From assembly GCA_963666835.2 (NCBI GenBank), contig CAXXGO010000006.1:1344001-1408000 (forward strand): DNA of 64,000 nt, in the 5' to 3' direction. Made by a program: the position numbers and the translations under genes. This document shows, piece after piece, positions 47,833-57,674 of this stretch. The notes beneath the pieces were generated by a model, which worked only from the letters and a program-made list of their open reading frames with translations, was not told the DNA's origin and made no database searches. Numbering within the stretch: position 1 is the stretch's first letter; every line of letters starts with the position of its first letter. The stretch comes from Phycisphaerae bacterium (GTDB lineage: Bacteria > Planctomycetota > Phycisphaerae > UBA1845).

Positions 47833-49719
47833 ATGACCGCGATCCGTGTTCCACCTGCGTTGGCGGCTTTGGTCTTAAGCCGCAATGCCGCCGTCGATGC
47901 GACGTTGGCCGAAGTCCTCCCTCATGTGGGCGTTGCCGTTCGCCCGCTTGTGTTCGAGCTGCTGGCAACGCGAGGTCGGGGGAGAAGCCTAGCTACCGTA
48001 GTCGGGCGTTTCTTCCAATACGATGCTGATCTGCAGGAGTCCGTCGTTCAACACGTTAACGGTTTGTTCGGCGGAGTACGGCTGGCGATCGAATCGCCCG
48101 AGTTCGCAGCTCGGGCGGGTGCGATTGAAATAGTGGTGCGGAGCGATTGCGGACCGCTAGTCTACCTTCTGGCCGACGCCCTTCGTTCGACCTGTCACCG
48201 AACTCGACAGTTGGCCGCGAATGGACTACGGCTGATGACGGATCGGTTGTTCCGGAGGTTGGAGGCGGAGCCTCCGGCAACTGAGATCGAGGCGGTCGAG
48301 TCTCTATATAACTACCTCGCCGAAGCCCTGAAGAAGGCCGTCCGGCGGTGGGAAATCCACTTGCAGCCACAGGTTCTGGAGGCGGCACTGTGGATGGGCA
48401 GCCGGATCGAAACGGCCATCCGTCGGAAGCTCCAGGACCCCCGCACGAAGATCGCTCGTAAACTGAATGATCTGATCTCCGACGCGTCGAATCCTCGGTT
48501 AGCTGGTTTCACAGTGCAGGCTTTGGCGATGCCGGAACTGCGTGGGGTGGCCGGTCGGGCGATTGCCCAGGCGCAGGATGAGGCTTTTATCAAAGCCCTG
48601 TTGGCGCGCGATTGGCTTTTGGTAGACGCGGACATAGAGCAAGGGTGTCGGCGCATTCCTCCCGGGCGGTGGCTGCATGAGGGTGTTGATGAGATCCTCC
48701 GGCTTGAAGACGACTTGGGCGTGCGCGCGGTGAGGTTGCTGGCCATGACCGGCGGGTCTCACGATCGCAAGATCGCGCAATACCGAGCGTTGTTAGGTGC
48801 TGATCGCGAGCACCTGCACCGGGCGGTGGTTTGGGTTTTGGTTCAGGACAAGTCGGAGGATGCTACTGAGTTACTGCGGATGGTGGCCGCGAGGTCCGGA
48901 ATTGGGGGCAGCCTAGTTGCAAAGCGCGAATTGCGGCGACGATCCGCCGATCTCCGGGAACGGGGCATGGCGACCGGCGGAGCGGCGCTCCCGGAAGTGG
49001 GCATTCGGCACGAGTTCGAGGAATACTGGGAGTGCTTTGATAAGGACAATACGGAGTCGGTCTCCCTGAGGGACAAAGTCCGGAAAGATACGGGGGCGTT
49101 GCTTGTGTGCATCCGGGCGAAACTCGGCAGCTCGTCCGCGTTCGAACGAACTCGGGCTCTGCAAATGGGGAACGTGCTCGGTGTGTGCAAGGCGTTGGAG
49201 GAGCAGATCTACCGACTGGCTCATGATCCGGATGCCCAGGTGCGGAGCCAGGCGGTGGCTCTGCTCCGGAATCTGCCCGGGAGCACGGCTCGTCGACTTC
49301 TTCGTCAGGCGGTCGACGACCCGGACGAACGCGTTCAGGCCAACGCGATCGAAGCGCTGGATCTGCTTGACGTGACGGACCGCGAAAAAGAAACCAAACC
49401 CAAGCTGGAGTCGTTGGATAACCGAGTGCGAGCCAATGCGGTCAAGTCACTTCTGCGTCTCGACGTATATGAGGCCGGTGACGTTTTGCTGGATATGCTC
49501 GAGGATTCTTCTCCGGCCAATCGGCTCAGTGCTTTGTGGGTGATCGAGAAGCTTGGATTGGATGCCGTGCTGGCTCGGCTTGAAGTTCTTGGGACCAACG
49601 ATCCGGACAACCGAGTTCGACAGCGGGCAAAGCAGATTCTGCAGAGGCTGGCGGCTTCCGCAGAAGCCGGAGATCGAGCCGCCGGTCCCCAGGCGACGAC
49701 GGCGGGGGGACGGGCATGA
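47833..49719 (+). CDS. HEAT-repeat protein
   Basis: DPDAQVRSQAV, DPDERVQANAIEAL, DNRVRANAV. Confidence 0.85.
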   Translation: MTAIRVPPALAALVLSRNAAVDATLAEVLPHVGVAVRPLVFELLATRGRGRSLATVVGRFFQYDADLQESVVQHVNGLFGGVRLAIESPEFAARAGAIEIVVRSDCGPLVYLLADALRSTCHRTRQLAANGLRLMTDRLFRRLEAEPPATEIEAVESLYNYLAEALKKAVRRWEIHLQPQVLEAALWMGSRIETAIRRKLQDPRTKIARKLNDLISDASNPRLAGFTVQALAMPELRGVAGRAIAQAQDEAFIKALLARDWLLVDADIEQGCRRIPPGRWLHEGVDEILRLEDDLGVRAVRLLAMTGGSHDRKIAQYRALLGADREHLHRAVVWVLVQDKSEDATELLRMVAARSGIGGSLVAKRELRRRSADLRERGMATGGAALPEVGIRHEFEEYWECFDKDNTESVSLRDKVRKDTGALLVCIRAKLGSSSAFERTRALQMGNVLGVCKALEEQIYRLAHDPDAQVRSQAVALLRNLPGSTARRLLRQAVDDPDERVQANAIEALDLLDVTDREKETKPKLESLDNRVRANAVKSLLRLDVYEAGDVLLDMLEDSSPANRLSALWVIEKLGLDAVLARLEVLGTNDPDNRVRQRAKQILQRLAASAEAGDRAAGPQATTAGGRA

Positions 49720-50189
49720 TCAGTTTCCTGGCCACCCAGACTCCGCCGCTCACTGAGATCCAGCGAGCGGTCCGTGACCACTTCCAGAAGGGCGGGTCCT
49801 TCGGTGCGATTGCGGTGGTGGTGCTAGTCGTTGTTCTGGGGGTGATCATCACATACGTAGTCACCCGCCGGCTACGCACCGTGACCAAGGAGGTGGAACT
49901 CGACAGTCCGGGAAAGTTGTTCCAGGAGATGCTCCTGAAATTGCAGCTTCCGGTTGTTGAGAGGCACGTGTTGGCCACGGTGGCCAAGGACCTGCACTTG
50001 GAGCATCCCGCGGCAATGTTGATTAGCTCGGTGTTGTTCGACCGTCATGTAGGTGAATGGCGGTCAGATGGGCGGGGCAGCGGCGTTGACGCGAAACTGC
50101 TCGCGCAATCCCGGCAGCGGCTTTTCTCAACTTCTGTCGACTTATCTCTGCCCGAGCGGGGCGCTCGTGCGACGCCGAGTGCGCGTTAG
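49716..50189 (+). CDS. Hypothetical single-TM protein
   Basis: ATGA overlap with the HEAT gene; one TM helix. Confidence 0.75.
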   Translation: MISFLATQTPPLTEIQRAVRDHFQKGGSFGAIAVVVLVVVLGVIITYVVTRRLRTVTKEVELDSPGKLFQEMLLKLQLPVVERHVLATVAKDLHLEHPAAMLISSVLFDRHVGEWRSDGRGSGVDAKLLAQSRQRLFSTSVDLSLPERGARATPSAR

Positions 50190-50384
50190 GTCTGATTCTC
50201 CGTGCGCCGATCGTTGAGCCGGCCCGGATTGCTCACGACGCTTACATGAACGCGCGTAAGTCGCTGTAGCGTCACCCAATCTTGTGGGTGACGCCATTGA
50301 AGCACGGCGTGTTTCCACTCCAGGGACAAGCCCCGGCGTTACATTGGTTTACGGGCGGCACTTCGCTTGGGTGAATAACCCGGG

Positions 50385-50588
50385 TTAAAGGTCCTCGAGT
50401 TCGTCGGCAAGCCAATCGGCGAAGCTGATATCGTCGTCCTCTTCGTCAAGCGAGTTGGCCGCAGCTTCCAGCCCAACTATCACCGCTTGGATCTGCGACG
50501 AGCTACAACTGGTCCCCCACACGGTGCCGACGACGCCGAGGCACACGCCCAGCCGCCACAACCGGTCCACGGAGCTGAGTTCCTTCAT
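50385..50588 (-). CDS. Small hypothetical lipoprotein-like protein
   Basis: Hydrophobic N-terminus ending in Cys; acidic C-terminus DDDISFADWLADEL. Confidence 0.55.
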   Translation of the reverse strand: MKELSSVDRLWRLGVCLGVVGTVWGTSCSSSQIQAVIVGLEAAANSLDEEDDDISFADWLADELEDL

Positions 50589-51006
50589 GGCTAACCCCTT
50601 GCGTAAGGTCGATTCGGATCATCCCAGGGCACTGTTATCGGGCATGCCGCTGTGATTCCTGCAGACAAAACGCCGCCATATTGCCCATTTTGATATTGCG
50701 CGGGCGGGATGGTAGTTTTGCGGCTTTTTTGGTGTATTCCCTGCCAGCTTGACTTGGCGTTCGTATCTGCTACCTTGCCCGTTCAGGCGAGTTAGAATCT
50801 CTCTCGCAGCCCTTGGGGCGATGTCGGTGGTGCCTGTTTCGGTGCAGGTGCCGGCAAGTGGGCGTTCCTCTTCGCGGCGGAGCGTTCAGGCCTCGGCTGG
50901 GGGACCGCCGCCGCGATCCTTTCCTGATCGGTGCGGCCTTGGCGAGTTCGTACACAGGCCTGTGGGTTTACGTGTTGTGCCGGTTGTCTGCCGGGGCAGC
51001 GTTGAA

Positions 51007-51078
51007 TACCCGGTGGTGTAATCGGTAACACACCAGGTTTTGGTCCTGGCGTTCCAGGTTCGAGTCCTGGCCGGGTAG
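51007..51078 (+). tRNA. tRNA-Gln (TTG)
   Basis: Acceptor stem TACCCGG/CCGGGTA, anticodon arm CCAGG-TTTTGGT-CCTGG, T-arm GGTTCGAGTCC. Confidence 0.96.
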
Positions 51079-51160
51079 TGCTCGGTGGCTCCTCTCCGGT
51101 GGAGGTATACGGGCTGCGATAGAGGCATCGACCGGTTCTGGTGAAAGAAGCGAGAGTCGC

Positions 51161-52135
51161 GTGGGCGATACGGCAGCCATAATCTTAGCGGCAGGCAAGA
51201 GCACGCGGATGAACAGTGAGCGTGCCAAGGTCTTGCACGAGATCTGCGGGCGGCCGATGCTGAGTTACGTGGTGAACGCTTGCCGCTTGGCGGGTGTGAA
51301 TAAGATTGTGGTGGTGGTTGGCTACGGCAAGGACGACGTAGTTCGGTCTCTCGGTGACGATCCGGGCGTTGAATGGGTGGAGCAGGCTGAGCAGAAGGGC
51401 ACCGGGCACGCGGTGCAGTGTTGTGCGGAGGCTTTGAAGGGCTTTTCGGGCAGTGTTCTGGTGATCGCGGGCGATATGCCGCTGGTTCGGCGGGTGACGC
51501 TTGCCGGGCTGATCCAGTCTCGGGAGAAGTCCGGTGATTCCGTGACCCTGGCTACGACCCATCTGGATGATCCCACGGGTTACGGTCGGATCGTTCGGGA
51601 CGGTCAAGGACGCTTGGAGGCGATTGTCGAGCATCGCGACTGCACGGAGTTGCAGCAGCAGATCCGAGAGGTCAATCCCAGCTACTACTGCTTTGACAGC
51701 GCGCGGTTGTTCGAGGCGTTGAATGAGGTTCAGGTGAGTCCCGACACCGGTGAATACTATGTGACCGATGTCGTGCAGGTTTTGCGGAAAGCGGGGCACG
51801 GCGTATCTGCCACGATTACCGTACCGGCGGAGGACGCGCGCGGGATCAACTCCAGGCTCGATCTGGCGATGGTCGGGCGCGTCATGGAAGACCGGATACA
51901 GTTGTCCCTTATTAGCGAAGGGGTGACGATCGTGGATCCGGACAACACCTGGATTGAGGCCGACGTGACGGGCGGCTGTGACTCGGTCATCTATCCTTTC
52001 TCCTTCGTCAGCGTTGGCGCGACGCTTGGGGAAAGATGCCGGATCGGTCCTTTTGCGATGATCGTTCCGGGCGAGGTGGTGCCCGACGGGGCGGTCGTCC
52101 AGCCCGTGTTGAGTCGTGGCGCGGGAGCTTCCTGA
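51161..52135 (+). CDS. glmU: UDP-GlcNAc pyrophosphorylase, short GlmU (most of the acetyltransferase domain missing)
   Basis: ILAAGKSTRM, QAEQKGTGHAV, PTGYGRIVR, GEYYVTD, GINSR; only 324 aa. Confidence 0.9.
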   Translation: MGDTAAIILAAGKSTRMNSERAKVLHEICGRPMLSYVVNACRLAGVNKIVVVVGYGKDDVVRSLGDDPGVEWVEQAEQKGTGHAVQCCAEALKGFSGSVLVIAGDMPLVRRVTLAGLIQSREKSGDSVTLATTHLDDPTGYGRIVRDGQGRLEAIVEHRDCTELQQQIREVNPSYYCFDSARLFEALNEVQVSPDTGEYYVTDVVQVLRKAGHGVSATITVPAEDARGINSRLDLAMVGRVMEDRIQLSLISEGVTIVDPDNTWIEADVTGGCDSVIYPFSFVSVGATLGERCRIGPFAMIVPGEVVPDGAVVQPVLSRGAGAS

Positions 52136-52142
52136 GACTGGG

Positions 52143-53111
52143 ATGAGTGGAATGTCACCAGACTTACATCCGGAAGAGATTGTAGTATTCGGCGGGACCG
52201 CGAGCACGGTTCTGGCCGAGCGCATTTGCGAGTATCTTGACCTGCGCCGTGGGCGCGCGGTGGTCAGTAAGTTCCCCGACGGGGAGACTCTGGTCAAGAT
52301 CGAGGACGACGTTCGAGGGCGAGACTGCTTCATCGTGCAGTCCACGAGCCCGCCGGTGAACGACAACTTGATGGAGTTGTTGATTTTCATCGATAGCCTG
52401 CGGCGGGCCAGTGCCAAGCGAATCACGGCGGTCATTCCGTATTACGGTTATGCTCGACAGGATCGCAAGTCGGAAGGACGCACGCCGATTACGGCCAAAC
52501 TGGTTGCCAACATGGTCGCCAAAGCCGGAGTCAACCGGGTGCTGACGATGAACTTGCACGCCGACCAGATTCAGGGGTTTTTCGATATCCCGCTGGATCA
52601 CCTGACGGCGGCGCCGGTTCTTTCTCACCATTTTCTGGACAGGAATTTGGGTAATGCCGTTTTAGTGTCACCCGATGTGGGCAACATAAAGTTCGGAAGC
52701 GATTTCGCCGCGCGCATCGGGCGGGAGCTGGCCGTCATTCATAAGCGGCGGCTCACGGGTGACTCGACGGTGGCAGTGAACATCATCGGCGACGTTAAGG
52801 ACAAGAACGTGATGATGTTCGACGATATGATTGCAACGGCCGGGACGGTTTGCGAGGCGGTCAAGCTGGTGCGCAAACACGGGGCGCGGGATATTTTCGT
52901 CGGCGCCACTCATGCGGTGCTCGCGGGCCCGGCGATTGAGCGGCTGAATGCGGCGGAGATCAATGAGATTGTCGTAACCGATACGATTCCGCTTTCGTCG
53001 GAGATCAAGGCGAAACTGAACAATCTCACGGTACTTTCGGTGGCCGACCTGGTCGGTGAGGCGATCCGACGGATCCACGAGCATAGATCGGTCAGCGCAT
53101 TGTTTTGCTAA
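52143..53111 (+). CDS. prs: Ribose-phosphate pyrophosphokinase
   Basis: FPDGE, PYYGYARQDRK, LHADQIQGFF, DDMIATAGT. Confidence 0.97.
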   Translation: MSGMSPDLHPEEIVVFGGTASTVLAERICEYLDLRRGRAVVSKFPDGETLVKIEDDVRGRDCFIVQSTSPPVNDNLMELLIFIDSLRRASAKRITAVIPYYGYARQDRKSEGRTPITAKLVANMVAKAGVNRVLTMNLHADQIQGFFDIPLDHLTAAPVLSHHFLDRNLGNAVLVSPDVGNIKFGSDFAARIGRELAVIHKRRLTGDSTVAVNIIGDVKDKNVMMFDDMIATAGTVCEAVKLVRKHGARDIFVGATHAVLAGPAIERLNAAEINEIVVTDTIPLSSEIKAKLNNLTVLSVADLVGEAIRRIHEHRSVSALFC

Positions 53112-53135
53112 GAGCAACTGGAGACTGATACAGCG

Positions 53136-53780
53136 ATGGAGAATCTGACACTAAAGGCGGAGACGCGAACTGCCACGGGAACGCGTGCAGTGCGCAAGCT
53201 GCGCGAGACCGGGCAGTTGCCTGCGGTGATATACGGCCACGGGGAGCCGCCGGTGAGCATTTCCTTGTCTCAGCATGACGTGGAATTGGCTCTGACTCAC
53301 GGCGCTCGTACTCTGGATGTGGCGGTCAAGGGGGATAGCAAGCCGTACCTGATCAAAGAAGTGCAATACGATCATCTGGGGCATCTGCCGATCCACCTTG
53401 ACTTGGCGCGGGTTGATCTCAACGAACGGGTAACCGTGTCGGTCGGTATTGAACTCCGCGGAACTCCCGTGGGAGTCAACGAAGGTGGGATCCTCGAGCA
53501 GAATGTGCAGAGCGTGGAGGTCGAATGCGTAGTAACGAATATTCCCGAGACGCTTCGTCCGCTGGTGAGCAGTCTCGCCCTGGGTGAGTCGCTACTCGTC
53601 AAGGATCTGGAGCTGCCCCCGGGAGTCCGGTGCCTGACAGACGGTGACGAGCGCATCGCGACGGTGCGGGCACTCGTCGAAGCCGCCGAACCCGAGCCGG
53701 GCGAGGAAGGCGAAGAGGAAGCCGCGATGCCCGAGCGGATCGGACGGGTACGCAAGGACGAGGGTGGGGCCGAAGGCTAG
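53136..53780 (+). CDS. rplY: 50S ribosomal protein L25/Ctc
   Basis: LPAVIYG, IKEVQYD, IHLDL, GVNEGGILEQ. Confidence 0.96.
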   Translation: MENLTLKAETRTATGTRAVRKLRETGQLPAVIYGHGEPPVSISLSQHDVELALTHGARTLDVAVKGDSKPYLIKEVQYDHLGHLPIHLDLARVDLNERVTVSVGIELRGTPVGVNEGGILEQNVQSVEVECVVTNIPETLRPLVSSLALGESLLVKDLELPPGVRCLTDGDERIATVRALVEAAEPEPGEEGEEEAAMPERIGRVRKDEGGAEG

Positions 53781-53805
53781 TCTTCGGCCCGGGTGATTTC
53801 GCACC

Positions 53806-54375
53806 GTGAAGCTGATCGTCGGCTTGGGAAACCCCGGGGCGAAGTACGCCGGAACCCGGCACAACGTGGGTTACGACGTAGTAGACCTGCTGGCGGTGAG
53901 GTGCGGAGCGGACCTGAAGGTCGAGAAGTTTCACGCGTGGTTCGGGCAAGGGCAGCTCGGCGGTCAGCGCATTGTGTTGCTGAAGCCGACCACGTTTATG
54001 AACCGCAGCGGGCAGGCGGTTGTCGCGGCCGGGCGGTTCTATAAGTTGGAGTTGGAGGATCTGGTCGTTATTGCGGACGACATGGCCTTGCCGCTCGGGC
54101 GGCTCCGCTTGCGGGCGGGCGGCTCGTCGGGTGGTCATAACGGGTTGCAGAACGTTATCGATCGCGTCGGCTCGGATCAATGGAGTCGGCTGCGAGTTGG
54201 CATCGGAGAACCCATTGGGGTGCCGACGGTGCACGTGCTGACCAGGTTTGACGAAGTGGAAGAGGAGACGATGCGGCGAGCGCGGAGCTTGGCCGCGGAA
54301 GCTGTTGAGTGTTGGGTGGAGAACGGCGTGGATTTGGCGATGACGCGCTACAACGGCGATCCGCCACCACCGTAG
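53806..54375 (+). CDS. pth: Peptidyl-tRNA hydrolase
   Basis: GLGNPG..YAGTRHNVG, KPTTFMNRSG, GGHNGL. Confidence 0.97.
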   Translation: MKLIVGLGNPGAKYAGTRHNVGYDVVDLLAVRCGADLKVEKFHAWFGQGQLGGQRIVLLKPTTFMNRSGQAVVAAGRFYKLELEDLVVIADDMALPLGRLRLRAGGSSGGHNGLQNVIDRVGSDQWSRLRVGIGEPIGVPTVHVLTRFDEVEEETMRRARSLAAEAVECWVENGVDLAMTRYNGDPPPP

Positions 54376-54435
54376 TCGAGCAGCGAATGGTCGCCGCATG
54401 CTGCTCGGTGCGAATAACGTAGGAGATGACAGACG

Positions 54436-54978
54436 TTGAACCAGTATGAAGCCATGTTCCTGTTCGACCCCGCCTTTGGGGATTCGTTCGAGAATTGCGA
54501 ATCGGAGATTCGCCGTCTGATGGAGCGGGCGGACGCGGAGCTTCTCTTTTGCCGGGTTTGGGACGAGAGGCGTCTGGCCTACCGGGTGAATGGTCGGAAG
54601 CGGGGCGTCTATGTGTTGACGTATTTCAACGCCCCGCCCGACAAGATTGCCGGTATGGAACGCGACGTTAAGCTCGGTGAGAATACTCTGCGCGTCCTGA
54701 TTGTCAGGGCTGACGGGGTGACCCCGGAAATGATGGACCGGATGTGCTCCGCGCGAGGTGAAGAGCGGCCGGCTGAAGGCGAAGAGGGTGAGGATTCCGG
54801 GACGGAGTTCCTGGATGATGACGAATCTTCGGTAGATGGCGAGCCCGTCGTCGTTGTTGCCGCCGGCAAAGGCGCGGTGGAGCCCTCGGGTGAGGGAGTT
54901 GCCGCGGTAGCCGCCGAGCCGGAAGACGACGCGGATGACGAGAAGATCGCCGAGTCGGGCACGGCCGCACCGGAATAA
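54436..54978 (+). CDS. rpsF: 30S ribosomal protein S6 with acidic C-terminal extension
   Basis: YEAMFL, WDERRLAY, GVYVLTYF. Confidence 0.93.
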   Translation: MNQYEAMFLFDPAFGDSFENCESEIRRLMERADAELLFCRVWDERRLAYRVNGRKRGVYVLTYFNAPPDKIAGMERDVKLGENTLRVLIVRADGVTPEMMDRMCSARGEERPAEGEEGEDSGTEFLDDDESSVDGEPVVVVAAGKGAVEPSGEGVAAVAAEPEDDADDEKIAESGTAAPE

Positions 54979-55018
54979 CGCTGTTCGTTCGCCTTTGTCT
55001 TCATTGGAGGGTGGCATT

Positions 55019-55474
55019 ATGGCTAGCTACAACCGTGTGGTCTTGATGGGGAATCTGACGCGCGACCCGCAATTGAGCTATACCCCGGCCAACACCGCGA
55101 TGTGTAAGTTCGGGCTCGCGACGAACCGCAAGTGGAAGGATCGGGACGGCAATCTCCAAGAGGAGGTCTGCTTTGTCGATTGCACTTTGTTCGGGCGCGG
55201 GGCCGAGACCTTCAACCAATATATGGCGAAGGGACGCGGGGTTTTGGTCGAAGGACGTTTACAGTACGACCAGTGGACGACTCCGGAGGGTGACAAGCGG
55301 AGCAAGCACGTAGTTGTTGTTGAGACATTCACGTTCGTCGGAGGACGTGACGGTGGTAGCAGCGGTGGTCCGCCGAGAAACGATGAGTTCCGAGGAGCGG
55401 CGCCGGTGGCGGCGGCTCCTCCTGTTGCGTATGAGGCGCCTCCGCCTCCTTCCGACGACAACATCCCGTTCTAG
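55019..55474 (+). CDS. ssb: Single-stranded DNA-binding protein
   Basis: NRVVLMGNLTRDP, VEGRL, terminal DDNIPF. Confidence 0.97.
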   Translation: MASYNRVVLMGNLTRDPQLSYTPANTAMCKFGLATNRKWKDRDGNLQEEVCFVDCTLFGRGAETFNQYMAKGRGVLVEGRLQYDQWTTPEGDKRSKHVVVVETFTFVGGRDGGSSGGPPRNDEFRGAAPVAAAPPVAYEAPPPPSDDNIPF

Positions 55475-55604
55475 TTCGCGGCAGACGGGATTGGGACGGG
55501 GTTGGCGGCCCGGACCGATGATCGCGGCGGCGAGATGAGGTTTATAGAGTGTTGTGTACCCCGCGGATGCGGGCCTGCGAACTTAGAGAGTTGAGAACCG
55601 GACG

Positions 55605-56126
55605 ATGAAGCTGCTTCTGTGTAAGAACGTCGACAAACTGGGCATCGTGGGTGACGTGGTTGAAGTCTCCGCCGGCTATGCCCGCAACTACTTGGTACCG
55701 ACCGGGCTGGCTACTGAGCCGACCGAGGCGAACATGCGAGCGCTGGCCGAGGAGCGCCGGATTGCCGAGCATGAGCGTACGCGCAAGCGCGCGGAGCTGC
55801 AGGCTCTGGCCGAGCGAATCGAGGGCGCGGAGGTTACGATACGGGCGCGCACGAACCAGGATGGAGTGCTGTACGGTTCGGTCGGACCGCGCGAGATAGC
55901 CACGGCTCTGGAGGAGGAGGACTTCTTCATCGATCCGGCTCAGATCGTCCTGGACCGCCCCATTCGCCATTTGGACACGGTTTCGGTAGAGGTGAAACTC
56001 GCCGACGATCTTCGCAGCACTATCAAGGTGTGGGTTGTTCGCGAGAAGACTGAAGAGGACGAGGACGAAGAGGAAGTTGATGCCGACAGGGAGGTTGGCG
56101 CCGATGACGACCGCGCCGACGAGTAG
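55605..56126 (+). CDS. rplI: 50S ribosomal protein L9
   Basis: LGIVGDVVEVSAGYARNYL, LYGSV. Confidence 0.97.
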   Translation: MKLLLCKNVDKLGIVGDVVEVSAGYARNYLVPTGLATEPTEANMRALAEERRIAEHERTRKRAELQALAERIEGAEVTIRARTNQDGVLYGSVGPREIATALEEEDFFIDPAQIVLDRPIRHLDTVSVEVKLADDLRSTIKVWVVREKTEEDEDEEEVDADREVGADDDRADE

Positions 56127-57510
56127 TCCGTTGGCCCAAACGCGTTCGGAACGGCTTCCGCCGCAAGATCTGGACGCGGAGATGGCCTTGCTCGGCTCGA
56201 TGATGATGAGCCGCGACGCAATTAGCGAGGTCATTCCAATCATCGGGCGGGAGGAGAGCCATTGGTTCTACCTGCCCGTCCATCAGAGGCTGTTCGAGGT
56301 CCTCATCGACCTCTACGACGATCCGACCAAGGCGATCGACCTGATCATCGTCTCGGACGAGCTGCGTCGGCGGGAACTGCTCGAGTTCGTGGGCGGACAG
56401 GACTACATGGTCCAGCTCGCGGACAGTTTCGCCGAATGGGCCAACGCGGAGCATTACGCCAGAATCGTTCGCGATAAGGGTATGCTCCGTGACCTGATTC
56501 GCTGCGCCGCAGAGATCGCCGACGAGGCCTACAGCGGGATGGACGAAGCCCGTGAGATCCTCGACAGTGCCGAGCAGAAGATCTTCAATACGACCGAACG
56601 CCGGGTCGCCGGGCAGGCGGTCGGAATCCGCGACGTCGTTACGCGCTTGGCTCGGCTACTCCAAGACCGCTCGGAGGACTCGACTACCGGGCTGCATACC
56701 GGGTTTACCCAGTTGGATGAGTACACCGGTGGTTTCCAGCGGGGCGATCTAATCATCATGGCCGCCCGCCCCTCGATGGGTAAGACCGCTCTGGGGTTGA
56801 CCATCGCCCAGCACATGGCCTTGGTTGAGCGGATCCCGGTCGCGTTCTTCTCAATGGAGATGAGCAACGATCAGGTCGCGCAGCGGTTGATCTGCTCCCA
56901 TTCGGGCATCGACCTCCAACGTCTTCGCCGCCGAATGCTCTCAGACGAAGATATGAGGCAACTCCTCAACGCGTGCGCCGATTTCGAAGACTCGCCGTTC
57001 TATGTCGACGACACCCCGGGGATGACGGCGATGGAGCTCCGATCCAAAGCTCGGCGTCTCAAACAGCGGGCGGACATTCAGGCCGTGTTTGTTGATTACC
57101 TGCAGCTTATGCACACTCCCAAGGCCGAGAGCCGGCAAGTTGAGATTGCGGCGATAAGCCGGGGGCTCAAGGGGCTTGGGCGCGAGTTGGGTATCCCGGT
57201 TATTGCGATGGCCCAGCTTAACCGCATGTCGGAAGGTCGCCAGGACAAGCGCCCGCTGATGAGTGATCTCCGTGAATCCGGAGCGATCGAACAGGACGCG
57301 GATGTGGTACTGCTCATTCACCGCGAGGAGTACTACAAGCCGGAGGACGAGTCGGTCAAGGGCATTTCAGAGTTGATCATTGCCAAACAGCGCAACGGTC
57401 CGACCGGGACCGTTAAGGTCTGTTTTGACAAGAAGCTAACGCGTTTTACCAATCTATCCATGGTACCGGAACCGTACGCCGCCGCGGCCGGACCTGTGGA
57501 TCCTTTCTAG
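56104..57510 (+). CDS. dnaB: Replicative DNA helicase
   Basis: AARPSMGKT, FSMEM, DYLQL, DLRESGAIEQDAD, KQRNGPTG. Confidence 0.97.
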   Translation: MTTAPTSSPLAQTRSERLPPQDLDAEMALLGSMMMSRDAISEVIPIIGREESHWFYLPVHQRLFEVLIDLYDDPTKAIDLIIVSDELRRRELLEFVGGQDYMVQLADSFAEWANAEHYARIVRDKGMLRDLIRCAAEIADEAYSGMDEAREILDSAEQKIFNTTERRVAGQAVGIRDVVTRLARLLQDRSEDSTTGLHTGFTQLDEYTGGFQRGDLIIMAARPSMGKTALGLTIAQHMALVERIPVAFFSMEMSNDQVAQRLICSHSGIDLQRLRRRMLSDEDMRQLLNACADFEDSPFYVDDTPGMTAMELRSKARRLKQRADIQAVFVDYLQLMHTPKAESRQVEIAAISRGLKGLGRELGIPVIAMAQLNRMSEGRQDKRPLMSDLRESGAIEQDADVVLLIHREEYYKPEDESVKGISELIIAKQRNGPTGTVKVCFDKKLTRFTNLSMVPEPYAAAAGPVDPF

Positions 57511-57674
57511 CCCGCGAATACGAGCATCGGACGGGTGGCGTCTTCGGAGGGGTAGGGGCGTGCGCATGGCCGCGCCGTCGGGAGTGTGCCCTTTGCCGCG
57601 GGTCCGAACGGGTGGTAACATGCCGCTCGTTGGCGCGCCGAGACTTCGATCCCAATCGCGATCAGGATACAGCG

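Noticed and set aside
50780..51000. 5S rRNA or SRP RNA upstream of tRNA-Gln
   Set aside because: Conserved 5S and SRP motifs are absent.
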